64,000 nucleotides of DNA from an uncultured Bacteroidales bacterium (GCA_900319005.1 ONMV01000016.1:13353-77352); one strand, 5' to 3'. Positions 16,683 to 26,490 are shown, numbered from the stretch's first letter. Program-made: numbers and translations. Notes: a model not told the origin generated them from the letters alone.

Positions 16683-18620
16683 TCAAATACAGCACGCGTC
16701 GCTCGGCATTCTCCAGTCGCCGCGCGGACTCAGGCTCACGCTCACCACTTTCGGCCCATCCGGCATGGCAGAACGCTTGAACTGCTGCTGGCAGAAACGG
16801 TGCATAAACGTATTAAGCCATTTCTCAATCGTTGCTTCATCGTATTGATCTTCAAAAGCTTGGCAAGCCATGTATTTGATTTTCTCGCGCGTGAAACCGA
16901 AACGCATAAAATAGTACAAGAAGAAATCATGCAGCTCGTACGGTCCCACTTTATCCTCGGTCTTTTGGGCGATCTCTCCGTTTTCGTCGGTGGGCAAAAG
17001 TTCCGGTGAAACCGGCGTTTCTACTACATCGAGCAGAATACTTCGCAGCGGTTCGCCATAGAGGTTTTCAGCGGCGTACTTCACCAAGTACTTCACCAGC
17101 GTCTTCGGGATGCCGGCATTGATGCCGTACATAGACATCTGGTCGCCGTTATAAGTACACCAACCGAGTGCCAACTCACTCAGATCACCTGTTCCCACGA
17201 CGATACCATTCAGTTCGTTCGCCAGATCCATAAGAATCATCGTCCGCACACGAGCTTGCGCATTCTCGTACGTCGCATCGTGAACGTCCATGTCGTGTCC
17301 TATATCATGCAGATGTTGCGTGGTCACATCGCAAATAGATATCTCACGGTGCGTGATTCCTAATTCCTCCATGAGCTGCAACGCGTTCTGGTACGTTCTG
17401 TCCGAAGTACCGAATCCCGGCATTGTGACGCCCACCACGCGACTGCGGTCATAGCCCAACAGATCAGCTGTCATAACACAAACCAACAACGCAAGCGTAC
17501 TATCCAATCCGCCGGAGATACCAAGTACCACGGTCTCAGAGCGGGTATGTTCCCAACGCCGTGCAAGGGCATTTGTTTGAATAGAGAACACATCCATGCA
17601 GTACTGATCCTCTTTGCCTTTCTTGGGCAGGAACGGAGAGGGCGAGAAAGTACGGTGAATCGGCTCGGTACACTCCTCTTCCCTCTCAATGGGCGCCACG
17701 TTGATATGGCGGTAGTGCCCGGTTTTGTCTTTAGTGAAGTTCGTATTACGCTGTCGGTCAGTACGCAAACGCTCTATATCGATCTCCTGAATGATCATCG
17801 AATTTTCCCGTTGGAATCGTTCTCCTGTGGTTAAGATCTCTCCGTTTTCGGCAATGTACGTGCTGCCGGAGAAGACCACATCGGTCGTCGATTCGCCCAC
17901 TCCGGACGAAGTATAGACATATCCGCAATGCACGCGCGAACTCTGCTGTTTGAGCATCTGGCGGCGGAAGATATGCTTGCCAATAATACAATTGGACGAT
18001 GAGAGGTTGAAGATGATCTCCGCTCCCTGAATAGCCAGTTGTGTCGAAGGCGGCAGCGGCGACCACAGGTCCTCACAGATCTCTATACCAAAGGTATAAT
18101 TGCGTGTACAGAACAGCAGATCGGTACCAAAAGGCACTTCTCCACTCCATATCTCAATCTTCGGAATCTTGGGAGCAATACCGCCCGGCGTATATTCGCG
18201 TGCAGCACGTCCGGAAGTGAACCACCGTTTCTCGTAGAACTCACCCGTATTCGGCAGGTTGACTTTAGGCACAACACCCATCACTTCGCCGTCTGTCATC
18301 ACAAAAGCGCAGTTAAACAGGTCATTATCAACCTGTAACGGCGCGCCGACAAGCACAATGATCGCCTTTCCACGTGTATAATCGCAGATCGACTCCAACT
18401 CACGCATCGAACTCAGTTGAAGAGCCTGCGTGAAGAACAAATCCGCACAAGAATAGCCGGTTATGCTCAATTCGGGAAAACAGATGACCTCAACGCCTTC
18501 TGTAATCGCTTCGTCAATCTGCAACTTAATTTGCTCCGCATTGTAGCGGCAGTCTGCTACGCGCATGGTCGGCACCGCCGCCGCTACACGCACAAATCCG
18601 AAATTCGTTTTCATAGACAT
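16683..18620 (-). CDS. nadE: glutamine-dependent NAD+ synthetase NadE
   Basis: N-terminal CN-hydrolase domain (FPELSITGY, CEDLW). C-terminal NAD synthase domain with P-loop GISGGLDS. 645 aa. Confidence 0.9.
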   Translation of the reverse strand: MSMKTNFGFVRVAAAVPTMRVADCRYNAEQIKLQIDEAITEGVEVICFPELSITGYSCADLFFTQALQLSSMRELESICDYTRGKAIIVLVGAPLQVDNDLFNCAFVMTDGEVMGVVPKVNLPNTGEFYEKRWFTSGRAAREYTPGGIAPKIPKIEIWSGEVPFGTDLLFCTRNYTFGIEICEDLWSPLPPSTQLAIQGAEIIFNLSSSNCIIGKHIFRRQMLKQQSSRVHCGYVYTSSGVGESTTDVVFSGSTYIAENGEILTTGERFQRENSMIIQEIDIERLRTDRQRNTNFTKDKTGHYRHINVAPIEREEECTEPIHRTFSPSPFLPKKGKEDQYCMDVFSIQTNALARRWEHTRSETVVLGISGGLDSTLALLVCVMTADLLGYDRSRVVGVTMPGFGTSDRTYQNALQLMEELGITHREISICDVTTQHLHDIGHDMDVHDATYENAQARVRTMILMDLANELNGIVVGTGDLSELALGWCTYNGDQMSMYGINAGIPKTLVKYLVKYAAENLYGEPLRSILLDVVETPVSPELLPTDENGEIAQKTEDKVGPYELHDFFLYYFMRFGFTREKIKYMACQAFEDQYDEATIEKWLNTFMHRFCQQQFKRSAMPDGPKVVSVSLSPRGDWRMPSDACCI

Positions 18621-18637
18621 ACAATTATAAGCGGCTG

Positions 18638-18669
18638 CAAAGATACGTATTTTTTTTTACATATGCAAG
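18638..18669 (-). promoter_or_regulatory. Bacteroidetes sigma-A promoter for nadE (cTTG-N20-TATCTTTG)
   Basis: Minus strand reads cTTG catatgtaaaaaaaaatacg TATCTTTG. The -7 box ends 17 nt before the nadE ATG. Confidence 0.7.
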
Positions 18670-18705
18670 CGCGCACGTATTTTTTTTATAAAAAAGAGTT
18701 AACCC

Positions 18706-18736
18706 TTGCGTATATCATTTTTTTTCACTACCTTTG
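18706..18736 (+). promoter_or_regulatory. Bacteroidetes sigma-A promoter for dnaE (TTG-N20-TACCTTTG)
   Basis: TTG cgtatatcattttttttcac TACCTTTG. The ATG codons at 18750 and 18756 follow within 14-20 nt. Confidence 0.7.
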
Positions 18737-18755
18737 CAGCCTAATTTGGATGAAT

Positions 18756-21700
18756 ATGGCTTTTACGCATTTACATGTACACTCGCACTACTCTCTACTG
18801 GACGGATTGAGCAAAGTGGAAGAGATAGTGGATAAATGTATCGACAGCGGAATGAACGCAGTCGCGTTGACCGATCATGGCAACATGTACGGAATCAAAG
18901 ATCTGCTGGATTACACCAAGTCTGTCAACAAGAAACGCAAAGCGGCAGCCGAAGAGAAAGGAGAACCGTTTGTGCCCTTCAAGCCGATTGTGGGTTGTGA
19001 GGTGTATTGCGCTCGTCGCGGACGTCACTCGATGAAGGACGACAAGGCGGTGAACGGAGAAGGACGTACGTATGTGATTGACCGATCCGGTTGGCACCTT
19101 ATTTTGCTGGCTAAGAATATGGTGGGATACCATAATCTCTGCCGCATCGTCTCGCACGGATATATGTCCGATGCCTTTTACCATACACCCCGTATTGACA
19201 AAGAGTTACTGGAGAAATGGCATGAAGGTGTCATTTGCTGCTCTGCTTGTTTGGGAGGAGAGTTACCTCAGAAAATCCTCGATGGAATCGCTAAAAATGG
19301 CGATTTTACAGAAGCAGAAGCTACCGTTCAATGGTTTAAGAACCTCTTTGGCGAGGATTATTATATAGAACTCCAACGTCATGAGACCCAGAAACCGGGA
19401 GCAGATGTAGAGGTGTATGAGCGGCAGAAACAGGTGAACCCTGTTTTGGTTGACTTGGCGCACAAGTATGACGTAAAAATCATCTGTACGAATGATGCCC
19501 ATTTTGTCAATGAAGAGGATTCGGAAGCGCACGATCGGTTGATTTGTTTAAGTACAAACCACTATGTGAACGACGTCAACCGAATGCACTATACCAAACA
19601 GGAATGGCTCAAAACTCCCGATGAAATGGCGGAGATCTTCCCCGATCTGCCGGAAGCTTTGGAGAACACTCAGGAGATAGCAGACAAGGTTGAAGTCTAT
19701 GACATTGACCACGGACCAATCATGCCGAAGTTCGACATCCCTGCTTCGTTTGGCAAGGAGGAAGATTATCCCGACCGATTGGCGTTCGAGAGCGCTTATC
19801 TGCGCTATCTGACGATGCAAGGAGCTTTGGAGCGTTACGGTCAGGAGCGGCTGGATACGGACGAAGTGCTCAAAGAGCGCATTGAGTTTGAACTCAATAC
19901 GATCATCACAATGGGTTTCCCGGGATATTTTCTAATCGTTATGGATTTTATCAGGGCAGCCCGCGAAGAGTTGGATGTGAGCGTGGGACCGGGCCGTGGT
20001 TCCGCTGCGGGATCGGTTGTCGCTTACTGTCTGAAAATAACAGACTTGGATCCTCTGGAATACGACTTGCTGTTTGAGCGTTTCCTAAATCCGGATCGTA
20101 TATCCCTCCCTGATATTGATACGGACTTTGAGGATTGTGGACGAGGCAAAGTGCTGGATTACGTATCCCGCAAATACGGCGAGACACATGTGGCGCACAT
20201 CGTGACATACGGCAAGATGGCTACCAAATCCGCCTTGTCAGATGTGGGACGCGTACAACAAGTGCCGCTTTCAAGAGTGAACGAACTCAAAGGAATGATC
20301 CCCGACCGTGATTTCCCGGATTCGGTGCTCAAAGGTCTGCCCGAAGGCGCCAAAAAGCCTAAAGTGAACCTGCGTAACTGCTATAAATATATAGAGGAAC
20401 TCAAACGCGAGTACGAGCAAGGCGATCCCAATACGCGATCCATGTTGGAGTACGCTGCACGGTTGGAAGGAACGATTCGCCAAGTGGGCGTACATGCCTG
20501 CGGTGTAATCATTGGAGCTGATGATCTGACGAATTTTGCACCGCTGTCTTCCGTCGAAGATAAGACCAGCAAGAAACGTGTCCTTGTTACAGAGTACGAC
20601 GGGCATGTCGTGGAGTCGGTCGGGCTAATCAAGATGGACTTCCTCGGACTCATCACCCTGACGATTATCAAGGAATGCCTGCGAAACATAAAGAAAGCAC
20701 GCGGCGAGGAGGTAGATATTGACCATATTCCTATTGATGATGAGTTGACCTATAAACTCTTCCAGGAAGGACGAACGGTTGCTGTCTTCCAGTTCGAGTC
20801 TGCCGGTATGCAGAAATACCTGCGTGAATTAAAACCCACCGTCATCGGTGACTTGATCGCCATGAACGCCCTCTATCGTCCAGGACCGATGGATTATATC
20901 CCGCAGTTTATCAAGCGTAAGCAGGGACAAGAACCTGTGACGTACGACATCCCCGTCATGGAAAAATACCTCAAGGACACGTACGGCGTCACGGTTTATC
21001 AGGAGCAAGTCATGTTGCTCAGCCGGCTCTTAGCTAACTTCACCCGCGGCGAGAGCGATAAACTCCGTAAAGCGATGGGTAAGAAGCAAATGGCTGTTCT
21101 GGAGTCGCTGCAAGTCAAGTTCATGGATGGAGGAAAAGCGAATGGACACGATCCCAAAATACTGACGAAAATCTGGGAAGACTGGAAGAAATTTGCATCA
21201 TACGCGTTCAATAAATCACACGCGGCTTGCTACTCGTGGGTGGCATACCAAACGGGCTATCTAAAAGCGCACTACCCTGCCGAATTCATGGCGGCGAACC
21301 TCACCGTTCATAAGGACGATATCAAAGAGGTTACCAAACTGATGGACGAGTGTAAAGCTCTGGGATTGAGCGTCTTGGAGCCGGACGTGAATGAATCCGA
21401 ACTATCCTTCACCGTCAATAGTAAAGGTGCTATCCGCTTTGGTTTAGGCGGTATCAAGGGCGTCGGAGAAGGGGCCGCAGAGGCTATCATCTCCGAGCGT
21501 GAGAAGAACGGCAAATACACCGGTATATTTGATTTTCTGGAGCGAGTGAACCTACAGTCCTGCAACCGAAAGACGATTGAAAACCTCGCGCAAGCAGGTG
21601 CTTTTGAGTGCTTCGATGATATTTACCGCGAGCAGTTCTTCGGCCTTGACGAGAATGGAAACTCGGGACTCGACCTGCTCATGAACTACGGCAACAAATG

Positions 21701-22595
21701 GCAGGCAGACAAAGAGACCAGTTCCAACTCACTCTTCGGAGACTTGGATCTGGCGGTTGAGGTGAAGCACCCCGATCTACCTAATGCGGCTCGATGGGAT
21801 ACGATCGAACGTCTTAATAAAGAGAAAGAGTTAATCGGCATTTATCTCTCCGCCCACCCGCTCGATGAATACGAATACGAGGTGCGAGAGTTATGTAACC
21901 TTACGGCTGCCGAACTAAGCCAATTCGATAAATGGCGTCGTCCGGACGCTCGTATAGAAGCAGAGAAACAAGCCCTCGCTGCACAAGCTGAACAAGAGGA
22001 AAAAACCCTCATTCCATCGGAATTTATCACCTCGCATAAGAACCAAGCGGTATTGATCGGCGGCCTCATCACCGAGGCGGAACAGCTGCGTAGCCAAAAA
22101 GGAAATCCGTATGGACGTTATACCATCGAGGATTATACCGGCAGCTACCAGTTTGTACTCTTCGGCAATGCATATAGCCAGTTTGCCCATCTGATGCTCA
22201 AGGACTTATACGTCATGGTTACCGGTGTTATTCAGCAGAAAGGAGCCGGCATGAAATGGTTCAAAGAGGGCAAAGATGAAGAAGCTGAATTTGAGTTTGT
22301 AGTACAACGCGTTGAGATGCTATCTGAGGCACAAGACGGACGCACGGAAGGCATCAATATACGTCTCTCCCTGGATGCCGTCACTCCTGAAAGTATCGAT
22401 GAACTCGCCGATATGGTAGATGAAAACCCGGGAAAAGGGCGACTTCATGTCTGCGTCTATAACCCGATGAACCGCCAGCATATCACGCTAACCAGCCGAC
22501 AACATGCAGTACGTATCACTCCTCGGTTCTATAAATGGCTTAGCCAGAAACGCGCAGAAGGGATCCTGGAATTCAAACCGGTAAGCAATTCATGA
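18756..22595 (+). CDS. dnaE: DNA polymerase III alpha subunit DnaE
   Basis: PHP domain start MAFTHLHVHSHYSLLDG. Polymerase core motifs throughout. Start could be 18750 (MNMAF). The ORF-track start at 18417 overlaps nadE and lies upstream of the promoter. Confidence 0.93.
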   Translation: MAFTHLHVHSHYSLLDGLSKVEEIVDKCIDSGMNAVALTDHGNMYGIKDLLDYTKSVNKKRKAAAEEKGEPFVPFKPIVGCEVYCARRGRHSMKDDKAVNGEGRTYVIDRSGWHLILLAKNMVGYHNLCRIVSHGYMSDAFYHTPRIDKELLEKWHEGVICCSACLGGELPQKILDGIAKNGDFTEAEATVQWFKNLFGEDYYIELQRHETQKPGADVEVYERQKQVNPVLVDLAHKYDVKIICTNDAHFVNEEDSEAHDRLICLSTNHYVNDVNRMHYTKQEWLKTPDEMAEIFPDLPEALENTQEIADKVEVYDIDHGPIMPKFDIPASFGKEEDYPDRLAFESAYLRYLTMQGALERYGQERLDTDEVLKERIEFELNTIITMGFPGYFLIVMDFIRAAREELDVSVGPGRGSAAGSVVAYCLKITDLDPLEYDLLFERFLNPDRISLPDIDTDFEDCGRGKVLDYVSRKYGETHVAHIVTYGKMATKSALSDVGRVQQVPLSRVNELKGMIPDRDFPDSVLKGLPEGAKKPKVNLRNCYKYIEELKREYEQGDPNTRSMLEYAARLEGTIRQVGVHACGVIIGADDLTNFAPLSSVEDKTSKKRVLVTEYDGHVVESVGLIKMDFLGLITLTIIKECLRNIKKARGEEVDIDHIPIDDELTYKLFQEGRTVAVFQFESAGMQKYLRELKPTVIGDLIAMNALYRPGPMDYIPQFIKRKQGQEPVTYDIPVMEKYLKDTYGVTVYQEQVMLLSRLLANFTRGESDKLRKAMGKKQMAVLESLQVKFMDGGKANGHDPKILTKIWEDWKKFASYAFNKSHAACYSWVAYQTGYLKAHYPAEFMAANLTVHKDDIKEVTKLMDECKALGLSVLEPDVNESELSFTVNSKGAIRFGLGGIKGVGEGAAEAIISEREKNGKYTGIFDFLERVNLQSCNRKTIENLAQAGAFECFDDIYREQFFGLDENGNSGLDLLMNYGNKWQADKETSSNSLFGDLDLAVEVKHPDLPNAARWDTIERLNKEKELIGIYLSAHPLDEYEYEVRELCNLTAAELSQFDKWRRPDARIEAEKQALAAQAEQEEKTLIPSEFITSHKNQAVLIGGLITEAEQLRSQKGNPYGRYTIEDYTGSYQFVLFGNAYSQFAHLMLKDLYVMVTGVIQQKGAGMKWFKEGKDEEAEFEFVVQRVEMLSEAQDGRTEGINIRLSLDAVTPESIDELADMVDENPGKGRLHVCVYNPMNRQHITLTSRQHAVRITPRFYKWLSQKRAEGILEFKPVSNS

Positions 22596-23905
22596 CCTAT
22601 AACGAAGCCATAGAATATCTCTATTCCTCTCGCCCACCCTTTCATATGGTCGGAGCGGTAGCGTATAAACCGGGCTTGGAGAACACGCTCCGACTCATGG
22701 CACATGTGGGTAACCCGCATGAGCACTTGCGGGCTATCCATGTGGCAGGCACGAACGGAAAGGGCTCAACCAGCCATCTCATAGCCGCGGTTCTCCAAGC
22801 GGCGGGATATAAAGTCGGGTTGTTCACCTCGCCTCATCTCATCTCCCTCACCGAACGAATCCGCATCAACGGGCAGCCTATTCCGGAAGCAGAAGTTGCC
22901 GATTTCATCGAGCAAAACCGTGCGTTCTTGGACGAGACACAACCCTCGTTCTTCGAGACCATGACGGCGTTGGCTTTTGCCTATTTCGTGCGAGAAAATG
23001 TCGATATAGCGGTAGTAGAAGTCGGTCTCGGCGGACGATTAGACAGCACGAATGTGCTCACTCCTCTACTCTCCGTCATTACCAATATAGGTTTTGACCA
23101 CACGGAGTTTCTCGGTAACACGCTGCCAAAGATTGCACGTGAGAAAGCAGGTATCATCAAACCAAATATCCCCGTTGTAATCGGAGAAACTCACCCTCAG
23201 ACGATGAATGTCTTTTTGGATCGTGCGCGGGAGTGTGGTATCTTAGGCGAAGGATTAGAGACTACCGATTGCCGGATCTGGTTTGCCGATCAATGCGGAT
23301 ATATGCGTTCTCGCCGACTACGCGAAGCACCGGAATGTGAGCTCAAAGGTCTCTATCAGGAGCACAACCTCCAAACGGCTTATGTTGCTTTGCAAGTACT
23401 GAGAAACTATTCTGAAATCTCAAATCTGAAATCTCAAATCTCAAATAAGGCTTTAGCCTTCGGTTTCTCCCACGTCTGTTCCCTCACAGGCTTACGCGGA
23501 CGATGGGAAATTCTCTCGATGAAACCGCTCATTATTTGCGATACCGGACATAACAGTCATGGTCTCCAATATGTTGCCAAACAACTCAAAGAGCTCACTA
23601 ATCCGCATATCTGGATCATCTTCGGCATGGTAAACGACAAAGATACCGATGTCGTCATGCGGCTCATGCCACAAGGAGAACGATATCATTATGTCTTCAC
23701 ACAGCCTCATACACAGCGGGCAAGAAGCGCTCAAGAGATGCTGGAAATGTGGAAAACTGTTCAAAGTCAGTCATCTGCAATCAGCATTGAGGAGCCATCA
23801 GAAGCGATAGAATATGTATTAAATAAAGCCGATGAAACCGACGCTATCTTTATCGGCGGCAGTAATTATCTTGTAGGCGATGCTATATCACGTTTTGCAC
23901 ATTAA
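22592..23905 (+). CDS. folC: bifunctional folylpolyglutamate synthase / dihydrofolate synthase FolC
   Basis: P-loop HVAGTNGKGST, Mur-ligase middle and C-terminal domains. The ATG overlaps the dnaE stop (ATGA). Confidence 0.88.
   Translation: MTYNEAIEYLYSSRPPFHMVGAVAYKPGLENTLRLMAHVGNPHEHLRAIHVAGTNGKGSTSHLIAAVLQAAGYKVGLFTSPHLISLTERIRINGQPIPEAEVADFIEQNRAFLDETQPSFFETMTALAFAYFVRENVDIAVVEVGLGGRLDSTNVLTPLLSVITNIGFDHTEFLGNTLPKIAREKAGIIKPNIPVVIGETHPQTMNVFLDRARECGILGEGLETTDCRIWFADQCGYMRSRRLREAPECELKGLYQEHNLQTAYVALQVLRNYSEISNLKSQISNKALAFGFSHVCSLTGLRGRWEILSMKPLIICDTGHNSHGLQYVAKQLKELTNPHIWIIFGMVNDKDTDVVMRLMPQGERYHYVFTQPHTQRARSAQEMLEMWKTVQSQSSAISIEEPSEAIEYVLNKADETDAIFIGGSNYLVGDAISRFAH
23411..23446. repeat. 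8-bp stutter repeat (aaatctga/aaatctca) in-frame inside folC
   Basis: tctgaaatctcaaatctgaaatctcaaatctcaaat encodes SEISNLKSQISN. Confidence 0.85.
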
Positions 23906-24659
23906 CACTTCTTTTGCCGAAGAATGGCAGAAAGATCTCTTTGATCAAGAGTTATGCGATTTGGGAGTTGACACGATTGACGGAGAGGATTATTATATCC
24001 CGTCAGCCCTTTGGGAAGAAAATGAAAACGCAATCAGGGCTCAATTATCCAATGCCAATTTCCAATATACAATTTCCCCTGTAGCGGACGAAAACTGGAA
24101 TGCGGTTTGGGAAGCGGAGCACCCTATTCAAGAACTGCCGCTCGGCGTTAAGATCATCCCGCATTGTGCCTTCGGAGCAGGACACCACGAGACCACTTCG
24201 CTACTTATTAACACGTTACTTTCTACGAATTTAACGGGTAAAAACGTCCTTGACCACGGAACAGGAACCGGTGTTTTAGCTATCTTTGCCAAGAAACAAG
24301 GTGCCCAACAAGTCTTCGCAGTCGATATTGACGATAAGAGCGTAGAAAACGCCAAAGAGAATGCCGCCCTCAACAACGTAGAAATCGATATCCGCCTTGG
24401 GGATCTAAGTTCCCTTCCCTTTAGGGAAGGGTTAGGGTTAGGCTCTTTCCATCTCATCCTTGCCAATATCCACCGCAATGTATTACTGGATCACATGCCC
24501 TCCTATGCAGCTTCGCTCCAGAAAGGCGGCGAACTATGGCTCAGCGGTTTCTATGAGTCCGATTGTCCTGCCCTCATCTCCTCTGCCGAGTCTCATTCGC
24601 TTCATCATCTCGCTACCCTCTCCAACGGCGAATGGCACATGCTCCGTTTCCAAAAATAA
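23880..24659 (+). CDS. prmA: ribosomal protein L11 methyltransferase PrmA
   Basis: AFGAGHHETT, SAM motif LDHGTGTGVLAI, ILANI. Overlaps the folC 3' end by 26 nt. Confidence 0.85.
   Translation: MLYHVLHINTSFAEEWQKDLFDQELCDLGVDTIDGEDYYIPSALWEENENAIRAQLSNANFQYTISPVADENWNAVWEAEHPIQELPLGVKIIPHCAFGAGHHETTSLLINTLLSTNLTGKNVLDHGTGTGVLAIFAKKQGAQQVFAVDIDDKSVENAKENAALNNVEIDIRLGDLSSLPFREGLGLGSFHLILANIHRNVLLDHMPSYAASLQKGGELWLSGFYESDCPALISSAESHSLHHLATLSNGEWHMLRFQK
24412..24442. repeat. G/C-word inverted plus tandem repeat in-frame inside prmA
   Basis: cccttccc-ttt-agggaaggg followed by ttagggttagg. It encodes LPFREGLGLG between the GD and F.LILANI motifs. Confidence 0.75.
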
Positions 24660-24771
24660 GCCTTTGACATACATTTTGGGGTGATGCGGTGTTTTGCGTT
24701 TTAAAATTTGCGGGTAATGCGGTAATTAACATACAAAAATTTACGGGAAATGCGATTTTAATGTAAAAATA

Positions 24772-24803
24772 TTTGCATATATCGCAAAAAAGTAGTAACT
24801 TTG
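24772..24803 (+). promoter_or_regulatory. Bacteroidetes sigma-A promoter (TTTG-N20-TAACTTTG) for the DUF4143 ATPase gene
   Basis: TTTG catatatcgcaaaaaagtag TAACTTTG. ATG at 24826. Confidence 0.65.
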
Positions 24804-24825
24804 CAGCGTTTTAAAATGAATCGTC

Positions 24826-26163
24826 ATGGAAGAAAGAGTATTCAAACGTAAAATCTACTCCAAAATGTTGGAATGGAAAAATACGCGTAACGGCAAAACG
24901 GCATTGTTAATCAAAGGGGCTCGTCGTATCGGCAAATCTACAATTGCGGAACAATTCGCCAAAAATGAGTATGAGTCATATATTCTCATCGATTTTAACA
25001 AAGCGGAGCAAAAAATTCTTGATTTGTGGAATGACCTTAACAACCTCAATGATATTTTTACTTATCTCCAGCTGCATTATAGAGTTATTTTGCAAAATCG
25101 CAAGTCTGTCATTATCTTTGACGAGATACAGCAGTGTCCCAAAGCCCGCCAAGCGATTAAATATCTGGTTCAGGATGGAAGATACGATTATATTGAAACG
25201 GGTTCGCTCATCAGTATTAAGAAAAACACGCAGCACATTACCATTCCGAGTGAAGAGACACGATTGAATATGTATCCGATGGACTACGAAGAGTTTCGTT
25301 GGGCATTGGGAGATACAGCTACTATTCCTCTATTGAAACAACAACTGGACGCCCGCATGTCTGTAGGCGATGCCCTGACGCGAACCAAGATGCGTGAACT
25401 GCGTTTGTATATGATGGTTGGCGGCATGCCACAAGCTGTAAATACCTATTTGGATACCACGAACTTGAGTCTGGTAGATCAAACAAAGCGTGAGATCCTT
25501 GAATTGTATCTGGAGGATTTCCAGAAATTAGATTCCACAGGAAAAGCCGAATTGCTTTTCAAAGCGGCTCCGGCTCAATTGATGAACAATGCTTCACGCT
25601 TTCAAGTATCAACGGTATTGAAAAACGATCGTGCAGATTCCGTTAGCGAAATAGTTGCAATGATGAAAGATTCGATGACTGTGAATGTCGCATATCATTC
25701 CAATGATCCGAATGTCGGTATGTTGCTTAGCGAAGATGTAAATGTCTATAAGATATTTGTTGGTGATACTGGTTTATTTGTGACACTGTGTTTCTGGGAT
25801 AAAGATTTCACAGACAATATTATCTATAATAAGTTACTAAGTGATAAACTGGATGCTAATCTTGGATATGTGTATGAGAACTTGATTGCTCAGATGTTAA
25901 CAGCATCTGGAAATCAACTTTTCTATTATACTTTTCCTAAGGATCCCAAACACAACTACGAAATAGATTTCTTGTTATCCAGAGGAAATAAAGTTTGTCC
26001 AATTGAAGTCAAGTCCTCCGGTTATAAAACGCACGCTTCTTTGGATGAATTTTGCAAAAAATACGCCTCGCGCATTGGCAACAGGTATTTGGTTTATACC
26101 AAAGACTTACGCAAAGACAGCGAAACACTCCTTGTACCTGTGTACATGACTCCGCTTTTATAG
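24826..26163 (+). CDS. AAA+ ATPase, AAA_14/DUF4143-type
   Basis: Walker A GARRIGKST, Walker B VIIFDEIQ, and a C-terminal region typical of DUF4143 ATPases common in Bacteroidales. Confidence 0.75.
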   Translation: MEERVFKRKIYSKMLEWKNTRNGKTALLIKGARRIGKSTIAEQFAKNEYESYILIDFNKAEQKILDLWNDLNNLNDIFTYLQLHYRVILQNRKSVIIFDEIQQCPKARQAIKYLVQDGRYDYIETGSLISIKKNTQHITIPSEETRLNMYPMDYEEFRWALGDTATIPLLKQQLDARMSVGDALTRTKMRELRLYMMVGGMPQAVNTYLDTTNLSLVDQTKREILELYLEDFQKLDSTGKAELLFKAAPAQLMNNASRFQVSTVLKNDRADSVSEIVAMMKDSMTVNVAYHSNDPNVGMLLSEDVNVYKIFVGDTGLFVTLCFWDKDFTDNIIYNKLLSDKLDANLGYVYENLIAQMLTASGNQLFYYTFPKDPKHNYEIDFLLSRGNKVCPIEVKSSGYKTHASLDEFCKKYASRIGNRYLVYTKDLRKDSETLLVPVYMTPLL

Positions 26164-26187
26164 TGCTATTACTATCTCACTACATAC

Positions 26188-26227
26188 AAAAATCATCTTG
26201 CAGGTCAACTACAAGATGATTTTTTTG
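26188..26227. terminator. bidirectional rho-independent terminator
   Basis: aaaatcatcttg-(11-nt loop)-caagatgatttt flanked by an A-run and a T-run. Lies between convergent genes. Confidence 0.75.
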
Positions 26228-26262
26228 TTTGCCTTAGCGAGTTATAGTGGATTCTATTGCGT

Positions 26263-26490
26263 CTATCGAATTGCAGCAAGTTGTTCCTTATGCAAACGCT
26301 TACGCTCGGCACGATTGTGTTGCATCTCTTTATAATAGGCAAAACCTGCCATCGTATTGTGGCCACCATAACCTTCTTGGAAGGTGATATCCGAAATACG
26401 ATCTAACTCGTCATTTTCTTTGCTCCGGAGTTTAAACTCTTGACACCAGAAACGGATGTTAGAAAAAAGTCGTTTTGTGTATTTAAACAT
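26263..26490 (-). CDS. hypothetical protein (75 aa), possibly a gene remnant
   Basis: ORF only. Follows the acyltransferase gene by 13 nt. No recognisable motif. Confidence 0.3.
   Translation of the reverse strand: MFKYTKRLFSNIRFWCQEFKLRSKENDELDRISDITFQEGYGGHNTMAGFAYYKEMQHNRAERKRLHKEQLAAIR

Noticed and set aside
18417-18755. N-terminal 113-aa extension of the dnaE ORF
   Set aside because: It overlaps the nadE 5' end on the other strand and lies upstream of the dnaE -33/-7 promoter. The conserved PHP-domain start MAFTHLHVHSHYS begins at 18756.
24428-24442. Telomere-like (TTAGGG)2 in prmA
   Set aside because: There are only two units inside a bacterial coding region. It is treated as part of the word-repeat phenomenon, not as a telomeric feature.
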